The notes beneath the pieces are model-generated. The model ran no database searches and was not told the DNA's origin. It worked only from the letters and a program-made list of their open reading frames with translations. Made by a program: the position numbers and the translations under genes. A DNA stretch of 64,000 bases. Origin: Octopus vulgaris (taxonomy: Eukaryota). The stretch covers positions 48,236,001 through 48,300,000 of the forward strand of contig OX597824.1 of the NCBI GenBank assembly GCA_951406725.2, read 5' to 3'. Positions 28,897 to 41,499 of this stretch are shown here, one piece after another. Each line of letters opens with the position of its first letter. Positions within the stretch are counted from its first letter, which is position 1.

Positions 28897-30339
28897 TTAA
28901 TAAATACTAATCTTGTTTACATTCATTTTGAACGAAATGTGAAACTTTCTAACGTAAAAGAGAATACTCTAATCTCTTTCTCCATCACGCATTCCGTTTT
29001 TTTACCTAAATCATTGCAGGACTGAGCTTTTGACTTAAAAAATTTTCCACAGGTTATTTTTTTCTTTTGTTTTTGTTTTTGAGTTAGGGAACAAAAGAGG
29101 AATCATTATTAGGATGTGCTTAAGGCCACAGTTAGCTGTAATTTGATCCGGCATATAGGTATTTGAAAATGTGTGTCTCATAATAGATGTCTGCAAAGAT
29201 ATCGATTTAATTAAACTCAGGTATCAGATATACCTGCGAGATCATTTCTATATATGAATATTTATTCTTCCATACATAAAGCTTAAATTATTACAAAAAG
29301 AAAATATATTGTACAAATATGCAATCGGTTTATTGATCTTCTAGATCTTCCGAGTGGGTTTTCATTTCTATTTTTGTATTGTCTAACCTAGTTATTTTTA
29401 CAGCGATTAGTTTTTGGTAGCAGCACTTTGAAGTAAAAGAGAATTTTAATAGTAATCTATGTTGAAAATACTAATTGTCGTTGTATTAAAAAAGGAAATA
29501 TTTTCAGATTCTAAACGAATTTTTTAAATAAAGTTTTAGAAGATTTGTTGAGTCACGAACTGAATGTTTTCCATATGTATATATATGAATGTTCTTTATT
29601 TCTACTTGGTAAATACAGATGTGCAGACAAATACACACATGCCTACTCATGCACAAACACAAACACACACATACATTCATGCAAACATGCTAAGGGAATT
29701 TATCTTTCAACAGCTAAATATCAGAGTGATGGCATCGTGACGCAGAAAGAATTGCGAGTTTACGGCTTTTGAAAAATCTCAACAAATCTAATTGAGGATG
29801 AACAGAAATATCACAAATAAAGATCTTCGAATCTACGAAGCTGTTGGCATTCGTTCACCAAAGATCGTTCACAAAGAAAATATCAAAAGAAGAAAGTGTT
29901 TGGAAAGTTAACAGTCGGGTACTTTTGTGTCTTAGAATGATATGAATCGCATAGCATATTTGTAACCATCATTTAAAATGATTATATTTATAAATCTGCG
30001 TTAGTTCTAATGTACTTTAACTTTTAGAAATATATATTTCATATCAGTTATAAATCATAATTTAGGTTCGATTGCATAAATATTTAACTGAAACTGAAAG
30101 GAATATGAAAAAAGTAAGCTGATATTTATATATAGAAAAATATTCTTTACAATGGAAATAATCTGGAAAGCGTTTTGAACCTAAGTAAACATGAAAAACC
30201 TTTTACGGTACTCCTATTTCATAGAGCAATATGTAATTATTTCCAACAGAAATCTAAAGAAGAAATCGCGTCATAGGGTATAGTTTAATAAATGTTTGTC
30301 TTTAAAAGAAATTTAAGCATCAATTCTATGCTTATGTCA

Positions 30340-31055
30340 CAAACTTTTATGGAATGGAATTACATTCGCTTGTAAATAGAGTAAACTGTATAGGCTTCCA
30401 AGGTAAAATAGGCTTATAGAAATATCTACATCAACATGTAAAGATTTTAAATATTTTTCCAACTTAGACAATTTCAGATGTGATCTGGAGGTATACATGA
30501 AACACATTGAAAAACTAACAGACGACTTTCGAGGAACTGTCACACTGATTTGAAAATAGGGAATGCAGACAGTGAATCTCCTGAGATTAACTCGTTGATA
30601 GGCTTGTAGATCTCGAATCGGATGTTTACCGAAGCGATGTAAACGCCTCAACTTTAGTACAGCCTCAACCTTAGTACAAGTTTGTACATTATTGAATCAA
30701 GTTCCTAGACACACAAATGCAGTTTTCTCAAAACCTAGAAATAGATTGAACTTGGAAGAATGTAGTAACTTCAGGGCTAAAACTCATTCATTTCCAACTA
30801 AATAGCAACGTCCTTGCAAATGAACATCAAACACATACTTAGAATTAATGAAAAAGAATTAATTCATTTTAATATGCTTAATATTACCTGTATGATTTAT
30901 GGAGGTTTTTCTCTCGTATTCTTTTTACTTTTAAATATTTTTTACTAATATGAATAATATCATTTTATATATGTATTCTTAGTGCATCCCTGGTGTCACC
31001 GAAGAACCGGGAATCCCATGAAGCTGTCGATAGCTCCAAAATTTGGGAACCCAAA
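30340..31055 (+). mobile_element. hAT (Charlie/SCAND3-like) transposase C-terminal remnant
   Basis: Fragments YMKHIEKLTDDF, RLVDLESD and FSKPRNRLNLEECSNF..KL....NVLANEHQTHT resemble the hAT C-terminus; a tttgggaaccc terminal-like motif lies at ~31041-31051. Confidence 0.6.
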
Positions 31056-31225
31056 CTTTAACACCAAGACAATACTTTAATATACGTTGCATTCTAATGA
31101 ATCTGTAAGATTTAAGCTTCCTTACATTTTATCGGCACCGCTGTGCCTCCAGAAAGTTTTTCATGCACTTGCAATTACTGATAGGACAAAGTTTCCTTAC
31201 GCTTGTTAATGAATCTCTTTCTCTT

Positions 31226-31311
<86 letters not shown>

Positions 31312-31499
31312 TCCCTCTCTCTGCTAGAGAGAACGAGTGGACTGACAAAAAGAAAAAAAAATAATAACCAGGAAATTTTCCACAGCGTATACTTATGGTT
31401 GATTCAATTGACTCCATTACTTGACTGGGACGTATTTCATCGATTTTCTCGAGGATGAACGTTAAATCAACCTTGGCATGAAGAGACGAAATGAATGCT

Positions 31500-32525
31500 T
31501 CTTTTTTTAATTGTTGAGTCTGAAGGAAGGAGAATTACCCATGACCTTTGCAGGTCCTCGAGACCGCTGAGGTTGATGTTGAACAGATGAGAGGGAGGGG
31601 CTCCCTGGGTAGTGAAGGTATGAGACCTGGAAACTCTGAGGTACATAGACTATTATAGTAGCAAGAGGAAACAGTACGCCTTGCACCAGAGGCTGGATCG
31701 CGTACATTTGTTATCAAATTTCAATCAGTTGAATGGCTCTCCACCCAAGGAAGTCCTTGTACATAGTAGTAGCACCGTCACTTATGTGGGAGCAGTAGTT
31801 CATTTTGAGCCTTGTAAAGTGTCAGCAGATGTTGGGGGCTTAAATATTTTATGGTCCTGAAGAGAATGGCTAGTCTTTGTGATGCTGTCATAGCTGTACT
31901 GAGGATGTGCTTTCGTCAACAGAAATTCATGGTGATAGTGATGCCTAGCATTTGGAGCAACTATGGAGTCCTGAGTATCACATATTGAGAGCCGGATTTG
32001 CCATTGTGCTTAGGGCTCCGTTGACCAGAATGGGGTGGGGGCATCTTCCTGTCCCTCCAAATATTTTACGATGAATTTTTCAAATGTCAAACGTTCAAAT
32101 GTTTTTCCTAAAAGTTATAAAAGTGAAATTAATGTGAACGCTTTTACACGTTATTTTTTAACAATATTGTGCATTAACAATTCTCTATACAAAAGTAAGG
32201 GGCTTCATAACTTAACTAGCACAGGGCCTCATTTGTCCTAAATCCGGCACTGCACATATTTATTGGGGGTGTGGTGGTGGAATGGTGTTTTCTTGAAAAG
32301 AAAAATGCTCGAGTTTTTATGCCTGTTAAAAGAAACACGGTTGACATGACTTCACTGAAGATGTTCTCAAGGGCTCTGTTAATGGAATCGATGCAGATTT
32401 GTTGTGAGGTGTCTAAACTATACGTGGTCGATGCATAATTGAGAAAAATGAGAGAAGAACGCAGGTTCGTGTCATCAACATATGTCTGGGTGTTGTTGGA
32501 TGCAGCAGCAAGTAGATCATACTGC
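31500..32525 (-). mobile_element. CR1/Jockey-group LINE RT 3' fragment
   Basis: DLLAAASNNTQTYVDDTNL (YADD region) and LLTLYKAQ...NYCSHI on the minus strand; interrupted by a MITE. Confidence 0.65.
31987..32252. mobile_element. hAT-type MITE with exact 8-bp TSD
   Basis: TIR gccggattt/aaatccggc; cacatatt at both 31979-31986 and 32253-32260. Confidence 0.85.
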
Positions 32526-33428
32526 CAGGAATTGTGTCTGGCAATCATAATCATAATAACTTGTAACACAGGCATTGGGCCAAAGATTTTTGCAGAGAGG
32601 TATAATCTTTTATATCGAGTTCATTATTGGACTTGTACACATTTTATCTCTCCGGAACGATGAATGAATTGGTTGGTCTCGGAAGGGTTTGAACTCAGTA
32701 ATGTTAAGTGAAGTAACTAAATATAAAAAAAGTATTTTATCCCACACTCTAGCGATTCTGCAAATAAAAATAATGATATTGATGACAATGAAAAGGTATA
32801 GTTTGAGGTTAATGATGATGATGATGATGATGATGGCGGCGATAGTAGGAGCATTTATGATCATGCAATTTGTTTTATTTATTTATTGAATTCTACAAAT
32901 CTCTTCGGAGTTTTTAAGAAAGGTATAAACTGCTATAAACGCTTTTCTTTTCTTTTTTATTTTGACATACTAACTATATGAACTTGGCAACATACTAAAT
33001 AGATGAACTTTCAGAAATATGCACGAAACGGGTGTAAGAGAGAGAGAGAGGGGTGAGAAAGAGAGAAGGAGAGGGAGAGAGTATCGTAGACAAACTAGGA
33101 TGTGCTGTTGACAAAACTTTCTTGCTACTCCCCAACAACGTGGTTAACTTCCTTCTGCTTAACTAACAATTCAGATGCCAGACTAATTTATTAGGTTGCC
33201 GTGAATATATGTGTGTAATTTTCTAGTTGTGTGTGTATGTGTGTCTGTGTGCATGTATATCATTGTGTGAATATGTGTGTGTGTGTGCACTTTATCGCGC
33301 CTGCATGTGTAATTTTCTAGTTCTATGTGTATATATAAATAGCATGAATATTTGTGAGTGCTTAAGTATATGTATGTGTACGTTTGTGGTGTGCGCGTGC
33401 TTAAGTGTATGTTTGTGGTGTGTGTGTA

Positions 33429-33465
<37 letters not shown>

Positions 33466-34196
33466 GAAAATCAGGAAATAATAGTGTAAATTTAGTTTTT
33501 TTTTTTTTTTGTTCTTCAGTTTGATGACAAGGTATTTTCAAGTCTAATATTTCAAACTGTGTAGTACGATCAGATTTCTGAAATGAAGTAGTTGGGAACA
33601 GTTATGTTATTCGTTGGAATCCACCCCCAGAGTATGGAAACCTGCCAAAATATGCACTGTTCTCTGAAAAATCTCGACAAATTCCATTGCTTTTTTTAAA
33701 ACTACCTAGATGCCAACCGATCATTGAGGACGTGACGAAAGAAATAAGCGGCGCCGACTTGTATATAAAACACTTGGCTTATCGACGTTCATATCATCTT
33801 ACAATTGATAAACCGTAAGACAGGAGAAAAATTAAAGCCATAAAAAACTACGACAAAATAACATTAAAAAAACGAGTTGATGACAATGGTTTTGGTATAG
33901 AACTCGTCGAGACATTCTAGTGTTGAAGTACTCTTTGAAGAGGGATGGAGAAGAAAGCGAAATGAAGAAAACTGATGCTGATGATAATGAAGACGATGTT
34001 GATGATAATGAAGAAGACGATGATGAAAACGTCTATGACGATGCGGGATGCCAATTGTCCAGACATTTGATGCTGATAACAATAATCAATTGAATGAGAT
34101 CAACAAGTGACCGGTGACAGGTTACCGTTTCCATCTCTTCGATACTTCATTGTTTTCGCGTCTACCATCCCACTGCCCTCAGTAATGGCATAAAAA

Positions 34197-35360
34197 TTTT
34201 GACACAGGGCTAGCTACTTCAGGGGAGGGTTAAGTCGATTGCATCGACCTAGTGCTCAACTGATACTTATTTTATCGACAGCGGAGCGGGGGAAAGCAAA
34301 GTCGACCTCGGCGCCATTATTAAAATTGCTTTTAATAATGGCGCAGGACAGAAATTTGAGGGGAAGGGATTAGGCGAGTAGATCGACCTCAGTACTAAAC
34401 TGGTACTTTATTTTATCCACCCGGGAAAATGAAAAGTAAAGCTAACTTTTGCGGGATTAGAACTCAGAATGTAAGAACCCTGTATAAATATGGCAAGTTA
34501 CTTTGTCTGGTACCCTACTGACTCAGCCAACAGACTGTCCCCTTCGATTACATCGACTCTAGTACTTGACTAGTACGTTATTTTATCGACTCTGGAAGGA
34601 TGAAACGCAATGTTGACCTCAGTCGGATTTGAACTCAGAATGTAAAACCAATAATGATATTATCTACTATAGGTACAAGGCCTGAAATTCTGGGGGAAGG
34701 GACCAGTCGATTACATCGAACTCAGTGTTCAACTAGTATTTATTTTGTCGACCCTGAAAGGTTGAAAGTCAAAGCTGAGCTCGTCGGAATTTGAACTCAG
34801 AACGTAAAGACCATCGAAACACCATTAAGCATTTTGCCCGGCGTGCGAACAATTTTGCAAGTTCACCACCTTAATTATAATAATAATCTTTTCTACTATA
34901 GGCACAAGGCCTGAAATATTAGAGGAGGGGGCAAGTCGATTACATTGACCTCAGTGGTCAGCTGTACTTATTTCATAGATCCTGAAAGGATGAAGGGCAA
35001 AGTCAACCTCGGCAGAATTTTTTACTCAGAACGTAAAGAATAATAATGACAATACTTTTTACTATAGGTACAATGTCATATCTGTTGTGGGAGGGGGCTA
35101 GTCAATCACATCGATCCAGTACTTGACTGGTACTTTATTTTATCCACCCCGAAGGGATGAAACATAAAGTTGAACTCGGTTGGTTTAGAACTCAGAACAA
35201 GTGTTTCTAACATTGGCGGATCAGAAATTCGATGGCGAAGGGTAAATTGATTGACTAAATCCATCTAAATGGTTACATATCTGATAAATGTTTTACTGAT
35301 GCCGAAGGATCGAAATGCAAAGTCTCTCCTGGTTGGACCTGAACTCAGAACGTATGGCAT
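34197..35360 (-). repeat. Head-to-tail cluster of about 7 diverged SINE copies (second family)
   Basis: Repeated tcgacc.cagt...tactt.ttttatcgac...aaagtcgacctc...gaactcagaa units, all in one orientation. Confidence 0.8.
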
Positions 35361-35489
35361 TAAGTGTGGTGTGCTTATCGTCTGGTTTATGGTTGCACTG
35401 TTTCAATACCTTCGTCATATGACTTCTTTATTTTTCATACGGCAAAGAGGAAAAGTGGAATGAAAGGCAGCACAGTGCTTTGTCTTTTA

Positions 35490-35644
35490 TCGTTTTTCTT
35501 GTTCCAGCCACTGGATAGCGGCCATACTAGGGCACCGCATTGAAGGGTTTTATGGTCGAACTTATTGACCTCAGTACTTATTTTTTTTAATGCTTGGTAC
35601 TTATTCGACCAGTGTCTTTTACTGAACCACTAAGTCACGAGGAC

Positions 35645-35739
<95 letters not shown>

Positions 35740-35927
35740 ACACATACACGCACATACACACACACACACACACATGTTTTCAGTTATCGTCTACCACATT
35801 CACTCACAAGGCTTTGATCGGCCTAGGGCTTTAGTAGAAGAAACTTGCTCAAAGTGTCACGCAGTGGGACTGAACCCTGAATCATGTGGATTGGAAGCAA
35901 ACTTCTTACCACAGCTACGCCTGCGCC
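35490..35927 (-). mobile_element. Octopus-type SINE with long (CA)n
   Basis: Same body and head as the other copies, reversed. Confidence 0.75.
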
Positions 35928-36534
35928 CGAAGAAAGCTAAAACGTGAAGTTATTTCCAAAATTCTTCTTGAAATAAACAACAGGCAAATGAATAATTAAA
36001 TAAATAAATAAGAAAATATCAATGAATAGTCGACGAGAAATAGACACAATGTGTCGCTTACATATAAGCACGAAGTACCAGAGTCAATAAATTCAATTGA
36101 ACTGATTGGGGTCATACCAAGAAATAAAAGATAAATTTCTTACATCACATTGAACGATGCACTTTCTCGCATTGTTTGCTGTATCTTTCGAATGATGCCA
36201 TATCCACTGATTAGGTAGGCAGGCAGGCCAAACTTCCTCCTGAAAAGATCTCCGGTTCACCACTGAGTTACCCATATATATAGCTGAGTGGAATGGAGTT
36301 CAAGAACGCAACGCACTGCCGGCCTGGGAATCGAAACCACGATATTGCGATCGAGAATGCAACAGCATACACACTGGGTCACGCGCTTTCATATGCATGT
36401 AAATACATATGCCTAAATACTAACGCAAATACTTAGTTCATATGTATGTGTGTGTCTGTCTGTATGTATGTATGCATGTATATATGTGTATATATATATG
36501 TTTATATGTATATGTTTGCATGGCATTTATGTGC

Positions 36535-36575
<41 letters not shown>

Positions 36576-36578
36576 CAA

Positions 36579-36638
<60 letters not shown>

Positions 36639-36772
36639 GTATGTATATATAAATACAAAATGTAACAAGAACGCAAAATATCCAGACAGTTAGGTGATGC
36701 AATGTATATATACGTATATATGTATCTATGTAATGTATTTCTCTCTCTATATATATATTGATAGATAGACAG

Positions 36773-36855
<83 letters not shown>

Positions 36856-37295
36856 GTGTTGAAATTAAGAAATGAGTGATGCTTTCTCTCCATTGCAAAA
36901 ACAAAATAAAAAACGAAAACAAAAACGAAAAAATTCCACAGAAAATAAGAAAATGGTGTAAGTAACCAGTTTAGCAAATTCTGGAAATTCGATTGTCTTC
37001 TGGGAAAAGACCCTCTCTATATCCCTGTAATTGAATAACGTGGTGTTTACGGTGGATTGTTTTACTCTGATTTACACAAGTAGTTATAAGCTTTAGTCAA
37101 TATCTCTAATGGTTTTCCTTTACGAATGGTTTCATTTCCGACTTATGTTTTCGCCCTCTTCTTCAAATTACTCTTGCAGAAATCGATGAGAATGATGTTG
37201 AATGAGAATAATCTCTCAGACCCATGAAATTTCTTTATTGTGACAGAGGAGGCGACCTCTGTATCAAGCCATAGTACAGACTCAGAATATTTGCG

Positions 37296-37686
37296 TGGCA
37301 GTTGGATAAGAAAGTTGCTTCCCAACCACATACTTCCGGGTTCAGTCGCACTGCGTGGCACCATAGGTGTCTTCTATTATGAATCCAGGCCGACCAAAGT
37401 CTTGTGAGCAGATCTGGTCAAAGAAAACATACATACATACATACATATATGCATACACACATATAAAAAGAGAGAGAGAGAGGGAGAGAGAGAGATGCGC
37501 GCGCTTGTGTTTCTGTTTATCCCCCATCACTGCTTGTCAACCGGTGTTAGCTTGTTATACCACTGTAACTTGGTGGTTCGGTAAAAGAGATCGATAGAAT
37601 ATGTTCCAGGCTTAAAAAATAAGTACTGGGGTCGATTCGTTCGGCTAAGAAACCCTCGAGAGTGGTGCCCCAGTATGACCGCCGTC
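37296..37686 (+). mobile_element. Octopus-type SINE
   Basis: Head ttccgggttcagtcgcactgcgtggcacc, internal microsatellite and 3' body present. Confidence 0.8.
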
Positions 37687-37689
37687 TAC

Positions 37690-38510
37690 CGCATAGAAAG
37701 GAACATGAGTGGATGGGGAAGTTTTAAAATGGTCGGACGAGAGGGAAGCCCGAAGAGGGAGCAGGACGACCATCAACCTCTACCACTGATGTGAAGATTC
37801 AACAAACTCGAAAGATGGTTCTGGCATACTGACGAGTGACCATTAATGAAGTGGTATGTTCTCTACAAATTAATCATGGTTCTGTATACGAAATCATCCA
37901 CGACAAACTTCACTTATATAAAAGTATATGTGAGATGTGTGCCAAGAGACCTTAGCCAAGTGCATAAGCCCGATCGCGTGGAGATCCGTCAATGCTTGCT
38001 CGACCGCAACAATGATGAAGATGAAACTTTTTGTTTGGAGAGAATAGTCACAGATGAGACCTGTATTCATCACTTTGAGCAAGAATCCAAAAGCAGAGTA
38101 TGGAGTGAAAACACCCGGAATCGCCAACGAAAAATAAATTCAAGATGCACCCTTTCGCAAAAAAGATTATACTAATTGATTCTCGAGACACAAAAATTGG
38201 GTTTCGAGTTGTTAGAACACCCTGCAAACAAATCTCGCACCTTCCGACTATCACCTCCTTGGACTGCTCAAACAACCTTTACAAGGGCGTCGGTTCGCTA
38301 CGGAGGAAGAAGCGTAGGAAGCGGTGCATAAATAGCTGCGAGACCAGCCGAAAACCTTCTCCGATGGAATAATCAAGCTTGAGGACTCCTGGAAGAAGTG
38401 CATCGTAAAGCAAAGAAACTATGTCGAAAAATAATAATTGTTCACCCCCTGCTTTTGTTTTAACAAACTACGGAAATAAGAGTGCGTATAACTTTTGACG
38501 TACTCTCGTA
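37690..38510 (+). mobile_element. Decayed, internally deleted mariner
   Basis: VRCVPRDL, LERIVTDETCIHHFEQESK and DLAPSDYHL-like (ctcgcaccttccgactatcacctc); 3' terminus acttttgacgtactctcgta. Confidence 0.8.
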
Positions 38511-38937
38511 GATTTCATCGACTATATTTCCCAGTTATTTGAATGAACTAAATGCCTAATAACTCTTCGCGTTCCATTCCATTATACCAGCGATCACAGT
38601 TCATTTAGATTCCAATTCTGTCCAGCTCAGTACCACTATACGACGACTACAATTGCTCGCGGTTCAAGAATCTTTCTAGTTATCATCAAAGCAGACCGAC
38701 GTATCTATAAGCAGAATCAAATACGAATAGGTTCAAGTGGTTTATATTTTAATCTGCGTGTATTTCAAAACAGTTTTTATTCTTATCTTGCATTCAAAAT
38801 GCAGATTTCCACTACTTTTTCACGTGGAAAAAGGATTGTCTTTAGTCATTTGAAGTCATACTCTTGTGATGTACCAGTTTTAGTGCACAACTCTAATTTG
38901 CAGTCTACTTACGGAAACTCCAGCTTTTAACTTTCAG

Positions 38938-39040
38938 GTCCATGGATATCACCCAGACCTCAGAGATTTAGCAACCATTCGATTTCACTGTTATTCTCCA
39001 ACGAAATAAATAGTTAAATCTGGCAATCACTCTTAGATAG
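38938..39040 (+). other. Candidate non-coding exon, 103 nt
   Basis: Acceptor cttttaactttcag| and strong donor tag|gtgagt; stops in all three frames. Confidence 0.35.
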
Positions 39041-39238
39041 GTGAGTGCTGATGAGTAAGAAAGTTTCGCTTCGTGTCTATATCAACTGTATCTAGTCGAG
39101 ATTGTGTATATTCACAAATCTTAATTTCATAAGTTGAAAAAATAGTGCAATTGAATAATGAATAATAAACGAAATGATAGTTTCGTTTTTCGATTTGGTT
39201 TGCAAGATTCTTTATATGAATTTGTGTGTTGAAACATA

Positions 39239-39435
39239 TTCTGTTGAGTCTGGGGAGAGTAATTTTCTTTATGTGCCTTATAATTTAACACACTCACCGG
39301 TAAAATTTCCACTTATTCCTTATTTAAAAAAAAAATTTTACTTTCCTAAAAATAAGAAATAAGTGGAAATTTTACCGGTGAGTGTGTTAAATTATAAGGC
39401 ACAAAAAGAAAATGACTCTCCCAGACACAACAGAA
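39239..39435. repeat. Fold-back element with ~87-bp arms
   Basis: 39239-39325 is a near reverse complement of 39349-39435. Confidence 0.85.
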
Positions 39436-39691
39436 ATGATAGTTCCCATCCTGGAAAGGGCCTCATTGACATCAGCACATAATCACCGGATAAAAAACTG
39501 AGCCATATTTAGAAAAAGTAGTTTAAGAATATTTACATTTACTTTCCCTTGTTCTATGAGCAGGTAGGTGCGAAATAATGACGTTATTATTTCACTTCAG
39601 TAACGGCACTAATATCTTTGGCAAAAGCATGCATTTCGCTATCATCATTCTTCAACAATCGGAAGTATAAAACAAACCCTGAAAAAATACA

Positions 39692-39745
39692 AAGAAGAAG
39701 AAGAAGAAGAAGAAGAAGAAGAAGAAGAAGAAGAAGAAGAAGAAG

Positions 39746-39790
<45 letters not shown>
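39692..39790. repeat. (AAG)n(AAC)n microsatellite
   Basis: Directly visible. Confidence 0.95.
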
Positions 39791-39839
39791 AACAGCAACA
39801 GTAAAAGTTAAGGTTCTTTATAAAAACAAATCAATAATC

Positions 39840-39874
<35 letters not shown>

Positions 39875-40039
39875 GCACACACATACGCACACACATGTGC
39901 GCGCGCGTATCGATTGTCTTCATACAATAACGTTACAAGACGTTCCTGTCACTATTTGATGAATAATGATCAACAGGATTTCTGTAGCGCCTTCCGACAT
40001 CACCAGTAAACACCAAACCTACCAGACAGCATGAAACTT

Positions 40040-40453
40040 TTTCGGAATGTCAGGGGTTCAAACACCCAGAAAGACTGATGAAAGGGGTCTTATTTTATCA
40101 GGGCAATACTCCAGCACACAAGTCCTTGTACGTGACTATGGCTGCTGTACGTGACTGTGGCTTTGAACTGGTCGATCTGCCTCCCTTCTCTCCTGATTTA
40201 GCCCCATTTGACTATCACCTGTGTTTTCCATCATGACAAAACACTTGGCTGTGATGATGACGTGATATCTGCTATTCTTTTTTTTTTTGAGCAATAGGAT
40301 GAAAGCTTTTTCACCAATGGGATGCAAGCACTGCAACACCGATGGAGGATGTGCGTGGATCGCAAAGAGGTTATGTTAAGAAGTAAACCTCATTTGGTGA
40401 CATTCCATCAGAGTATCTTGGTCATCATACGAACTTTTTCAGTCGAAACTCGA
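40040..40453 (+). mobile_element. Mariner 3' fragment
   Basis: KGVLFYQGNTPAHKS...GFELVDLPPFSPDLAPFDYHL; ends at a TIR-like aactttttcagtcgaaactcg. Confidence 0.8.
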
Positions 40454-40489
40454 ATTTATTAAGACAAGTAACAAGAATGAGCCGAACTA

Positions 40490-41260
40490 AAAATATGAGA
40501 GCCACCCTATTAGGTGATTATCTGTCTCAAGCATTTGCTCAAACTTTTTTGGGACTTGGACAAGGTAGAGTATTCCTCGATGAAAATAATTCTTTAGATA
40601 CATCTCTAATTAGTACATCAGTTTCATCACTCAATGAACTAACAACAGGAGTATTTCCAAATTTACAGAATCAGTCATCCAATCATACGTCCTTACATGA
40701 AAGGATAGTACTTGCACCAAAAAGTATCAGTCAACAACATAAACAATAAGCTTTTGGACCGTATTTCATGAAATACACCTTGCAGAGACTGTCATCTATC
40801 CTGATGCATTCTTTAATTCTTTGGATTTTCCTGGGTTTCTATCACACTCACTTCTGTTAAAAAGTAGGAGCCATCATCATACGGAATCTTGATTTGCCTC
40901 GATTGTGTAATGGTACTCGATTGGTGATTAAAAAGAATAAAGCCTCATATTATCTAGGCTACTATTTTGCATGTTTGCTCTACAGGAGAAGATGCTTTTA
41001 TATCTAGAATACCCTTGATAATATCTGACACAGAAATACACTTTGTATTTAAAGGCTATAGTTTCCTGTATAATGCAGCTTTGATATGTCTATAAATAAA
41101 CTACACGAACAGATTTTATCTGTCGGTGTGCTACCACTCGAAAAACATTGTTTCCTTCACGGGCAACTGTATGTTACATGTTCAAAGAAGTCTACGCAAT
41201 CATTTTATTTATTCTCATTCTAGTAAAATCAGGTAACATTGTTTATAAGAAAGTTATGTA
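40490..41260 (+). mobile_element. Helitron PIF1-like helicase remnant
   Basis: ERIVLAPK, YPDAFFNSLDFPGF, RNLDLPRLCNGTRLVIK, GEDAFISRIPLIISD, FDMSINK and CFLHGQLYVTCSK are C-terminal RepHel motifs; stops and frameshifts. Confidence 0.85.
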
Positions 41261-41332
41261 TTCAGACATCGCAATTAAGAGGTGCCGAAAAATGGACAGC
41301 CTATAAATGAATTGCGAATACAACTCTGATAC

Positions 41333-41444
<112 letters not shown>

Positions 41445-41464
41445 GCATATATGTATATATACAT

Positions 41465-41496
<32 letters not shown>

Positions 41497-41499
<3 letters not shown>

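Noticed and set aside
29714-29918. Exon-like segment with an acceptor and short ORFs
   Set aside because: The short ORFs end in stops within the segment; it may be an upstream part of the adjacent hAT remnant, but I cannot support either call.
34197-35360. Repeat-spacer pattern suggestive of CRISPR
   Set aside because: Units are diverged SINE copies in eukaryotic DNA, with irregular spacing and no cas genes.
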